Part shown: positions 5,479 to 7,286 of the stretch, one piece after another | Position numbering within the stretch: position 1 is the first letter of the stretch | Layout: every line of letters starts with the position of its first letter | Source: Candidatus Odinarchaeota archaeon | Lineage (GTDB): Archaea; Asgardarchaeota; Odinarchaeia; Odinarchaeales; Odinarchaeaceae | Direction: 5' to 3' | NCBI GenBank assembly: GCA_038826135.1 | Contig: JAWBON010000058.1 | Span: 1-7,286 of the forward strand | Length of the DNA: 7,286 nt | Notes under the pieces: generated by a model | What the model was told of the DNA's origin: nothing | Seen by the model: only the letters and a program-made list of their open reading frames with translations | The model's database searches: none | Position numbers and translations under genes: made by a program

Positions 5479-6522
5479 ATGGTGGTATGCCTATCTGTTA
5501 GAAGAATAGACGGGGAGAAGGCCCGTGAACTTTTGGTAAAACACGGTTTACTGGATGATAGATATAAGATTAAAAGCGACTGTGAAAGAGTGTGTTTTCC
5601 AATTAAACCGGGTGTTGAATTAAAACGCGTAGTTAAAGAACTCCCAGGCGCGAAGCTTATAGATGATTTTTTCGAATTTAAGAATAAAGTTTTCACTCGT
5701 GGACTCAGGGAGGTATTGCAATCTTATTTAGGCGTATACGAGAAGGAGAGACTGCCTAAATCCTATGATCTTATAGGTGGATTAATGCTGATTGAATTAA
5801 AAGAAGAGCTGTGGAGTGAAAGGTTTAAGATCGGGGCTATAATTAAAGAAAACTTTAAGCATATACGCGGAGTGTTCGCTAAGAAGGGCTCTGTTGAAGG
5901 AGAGTTCAGAGTTAGAGAGGTTGAATGTATAGGCGGAGACTGTAATCCTGTAACAGTTCACTTAGAGAACGGATGTAGGTATCATTTAGATTTAACAAAA
6001 GTTTATTTTAACAGTCGATTAGGCTCTGAGAGGCTTAGAGTCGCTGAAAAAATCTCACCTAATGAGACTGTGATAGATATGTTCGCAGGAGTTGGACCTT
6101 TCACTATTTTAATAGCTAAAAAAAGAGTGGAGGTTAACGCTATAGACTCTAACCCTGACGCTGTGTTTTACCTTAAAAAAAATATTATCGAAAACCGTGT
6201 GGAAAAATATGTAAATGTTTTCCTAGGCAGAGCTGAACAGATAGTTACTGAATATTTGAAGAGAAAAGCGGATAGAATAATTATGAATCTACCAGCCGAT
6301 TCACTTAATTATCTAAAATATGCTTGTGAAGGTTTAAAAGAGGGAGGCGGGGTGATCCACCTGTATTTTTTCAGCGGTGAAAAAGATTTTGATTTAAAAC
6401 TTCGATCTATTGATAAAAATATCAGTGAAGTAGGCTATAAGATTAGACAGATGCTTACTAGAAGAGTTAGGGAGATCGCGCCCTACAGATACATGTATTG
6501 TGTGGATTTAACCCTTCACTGA
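5479..6522 (+). CDS. trm5: Trm5-family tRNA (guanine37-N1)-methyltransferase with N-terminal D1 domain, about 347 aa
   Basis: The D1-like N-terminus (VCLSVRRIDGEKARELLVKHGLLDDRYKI) resembles M. jannaschii Trm5b. Also SYDLIG, GEFRVRE, HLENGCRYHLDLTKVYFNSRL, SAM motif DMFAGVGPF, IIMNLP and GGVIHLY. ATG 5479 has GAAGTG 6 nt upstream; in-frame GTG 5458 and 5470 are alternatives. The Trm5a/b/c subfamily is not resolved. Confidence 0.92.
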   Translation: MVVCLSVRRIDGEKARELLVKHGLLDDRYKIKSDCERVCFPIKPGVELKRVVKELPGAKLIDDFFEFKNKVFTRGLREVLQSYLGVYEKERLPKSYDLIGGLMLIELKEELWSERFKIGAIIKENFKHIRGVFAKKGSVEGEFRVREVECIGGDCNPVTVHLENGCRYHLDLTKVYFNSRLGSERLRVAEKISPNETVIDMFAGVGPFTILIAKKRVEVNAIDSNPDAVFYLKKNIIENRVEKYVNVFLGRAEQIVTEYLKRKADRIIMNLPADSLNYLKYACEGLKEGGGVIHLYFFSGEKDFDLKLRSIDKNISEVGYKIRQMLTRRVREIAPYRYMYCVDLTLH

Positions 6523-6944
6523 ATAACTTGAATAGTGATGTTAAGCAAGGTATCCATACTAGTTAGCAGCCGCTTAAATTCCGGTGATAGATCGCATGCT
6601 GCTTTACTGCAACCTATCATAACAGTTCTACCACATGTATACAAGCTCCTTCTGCAAACCATATCAGTGGGGTGATTTAAACCCAGCTTAGATGAGCCGA
6701 AACCCTCCACGATCTCCACCAAGGGGCCTGCTTTAATAATGAGTTTAATAACAGCCCCGTCTCTTCGAATCGCTTGCTTGAATTTTTCAGAAAAATCCGG
6801 TAACCCTTTAGAGGCTTTCACACCTACAATACAGGTAGCTTTAATAGTGATACTCTCCTCTTTAGTGAACTCGAAGGTTGTTTTATGCGTGGCAGTGATG
6901 TTAGGATGACCTCTAGCTGTTAACCTCTCTTCAAACAGCTTCAA
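6516..6944 (-). CDS. DUF371-family protein, about 142 aa, function unknown
   Basis: ARGHPNITATHKTTFEFTKE, CIVGVKA, RRSxYxxGRTVMI and KAAxDL match the recalled DUF371 consensus. The likely start is TTG at 6944 (MKLFEERL) after an AGGTGGTG SD. The ORF-track extension to 7004 overlaps the upstream gene and precedes the family's usual N-terminus. Confidence 0.88.
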   Translation of the reverse strand: MKLFEERLTARGHPNITATHKTTFEFTKEESITIKATCIVGVKASKGLPDFSEKFKQAIRRDGAVIKLIIKAGPLVEIVEGFGSSKLGLNHPTDMVCRRSLYTCGRTVMIGCSKAACDLSPEFKRLLTSMDTLLNITIQVIQ

Positions 6945-6948
6945 ATAA

Positions 6949-6956
6949 CACCACCT
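6949..6956 (-). promoter_or_regulatory. Shine-Dalgarno site for the DUF371 gene (AGGTGGTG)
   Basis: The minus strand reads CAGGTGGTGTTAT-TTG; the GGTG motifs lie 4 and 7 nt before the TTG. Confidence 0.7.
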
Positions 6957-6976
6957 GAACGTGTTGATGAAAAATA

Positions 6977-7286
6977 CTATTTTAAAACACCGTTTAAACC
7001 CCAATAATAGGAGGGGTCTGTTTCTATATCTAGTAATCCGGGTTTATCAGCGTCTAATAATTTCCCTATTGCGCCTTCGAGTTCAGCCGGGTCGTTAACA
7101 TTGAGACCGAGACCTCCGCAAGATCGCGCGAAGGATCCGAAGTCCGGGTTTAAAAGCTCTACACCGAATTTTGGGAGACTAGCTTCAGCTTGCTCGTGTC
7201 TTATCATTGAAAGCTCTTTATTATTGAATACTATGACTTTAATAGGAAGATCGTATTTGACTGCTGTTGTGAAATCAGCCATCACC
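6977..7286 (-). CDS. C-terminal fragment of a thiamine-pyrophosphate-dependent enzyme (pyruvate oxidase / acetolactate synthase superfamily), 5' part outside the window
   Basis: VMADFTTAVKYDLPIKVIVFNNKELSMIRHEQ is the second half of the GDG...NN TPP-binding motif. NPDFGSFARSCGGLG...DPAELEGAI...PGLLDIETDP is the typical C-terminal domain ending. The frame is open to the window edge; the ORF-track start at 7285 is an edge artefact. Confidence 0.9.
   Translation of the reverse strand, partial: VMADFTTAVKYDLPIKVIVFNNKELSMIRHEQAEASLPKFGVELLNPDFGSFARSCGGLGLNVNDPAELEGAIGKLLDADKPGLLDIETDPSYYWGLNGVLK

Noticed and set aside
5421-5696. Minus-strand 91-aa ORF
   Set aside because: It is mostly antisense to the trm5 D1 domain and has no recognisable motif.
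2198-6182. Homopolymer runs (G6 at 2198, G7 at 2266, A7 and A8 tracts) as programmed frameshift or phase-variation sites
   Set aside because: All the genes stay in frame and full length through these runs, and no alternative-frame product is evident.
5260-6522. The adjacent tRNA-Arg as the substrate of the neighbouring Trm5
   Set aside because: Position 37 (nt 5298) is A, not G, so this tRNA cannot receive m1G37.
6895-7021. Box C/D sRNA-like motifs on the plus strand (GTGATGT 6895, CTGA 6955, TGATGA 6965)
   Set aside because: No complete C-D'-C'-D arrangement with about 12-nt guides is present, and most of the region is antisense to coding sequence or the DUF371 SD.
7272-7286. GGT GAT GGC reading as the GDG TPP motif at the window edge
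   Set aside because: That frame hits TGA immediately. The real frame reads VMADF, and the true GDG lies just outside the window.
1-7286. CRISPR array, IS element, rRNA or selenocysteine/pyrrolysine read-through
   Set aside because: I saw no regularly spaced repeats, terminal inverted repeats, transposase motifs or rRNA-like sequence. No gene requires read-through of an internal stop.

Overview
Archaeal housekeeping/translation window with no mobile element, CRISPR array or rRNA. Plus strand: 3' part of rpl1 (uL1), rpl10 (P0/uL10), rpl12 (P1/L12), alaS (archaeal-type AlaRS with intact editing motifs), a DUF434-family protein, an intron-less tRNA-Arg(UCU) gene and a Trm5-family tRNA G37 methyltransferase. 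Converging on the minus strand: a DUF371-family protein and the C-terminal end of a thiamine-pyrophosphate enzyme (pyruvate oxidase-like) that runs off the window. Several ORF-track starts are probably too far upstream; Shine-Dalgarno-like motifs point to 380, 1288, 1784, 5479 and 6944. I found no clearly new multi-gene system. The interest lies in deviations inside conserved genes: (i) AlaRS has Val where the G3:U70-reading Asp of the YD(S/T)xG motif is expected; (ii) AlaRS has a bacterial/eukaryote-like GGK motif-2 loop in an archaeal-type scaffold; (iii) P0 has three 26-residue stalk helices, two of them similar even at DNA level, but no acidic C-terminal tail; (iv) the DUF434 protein has a complete NYN/PIN-like acidic residue pattern and sits among tRNA-metabolism genes; (v) Trm5 has motifs resembling eukaryotic Trm5. 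All family comparisons are from recalled consensus sequences, not from database searches. A TACK/Asgard-type lineage is a guess only.
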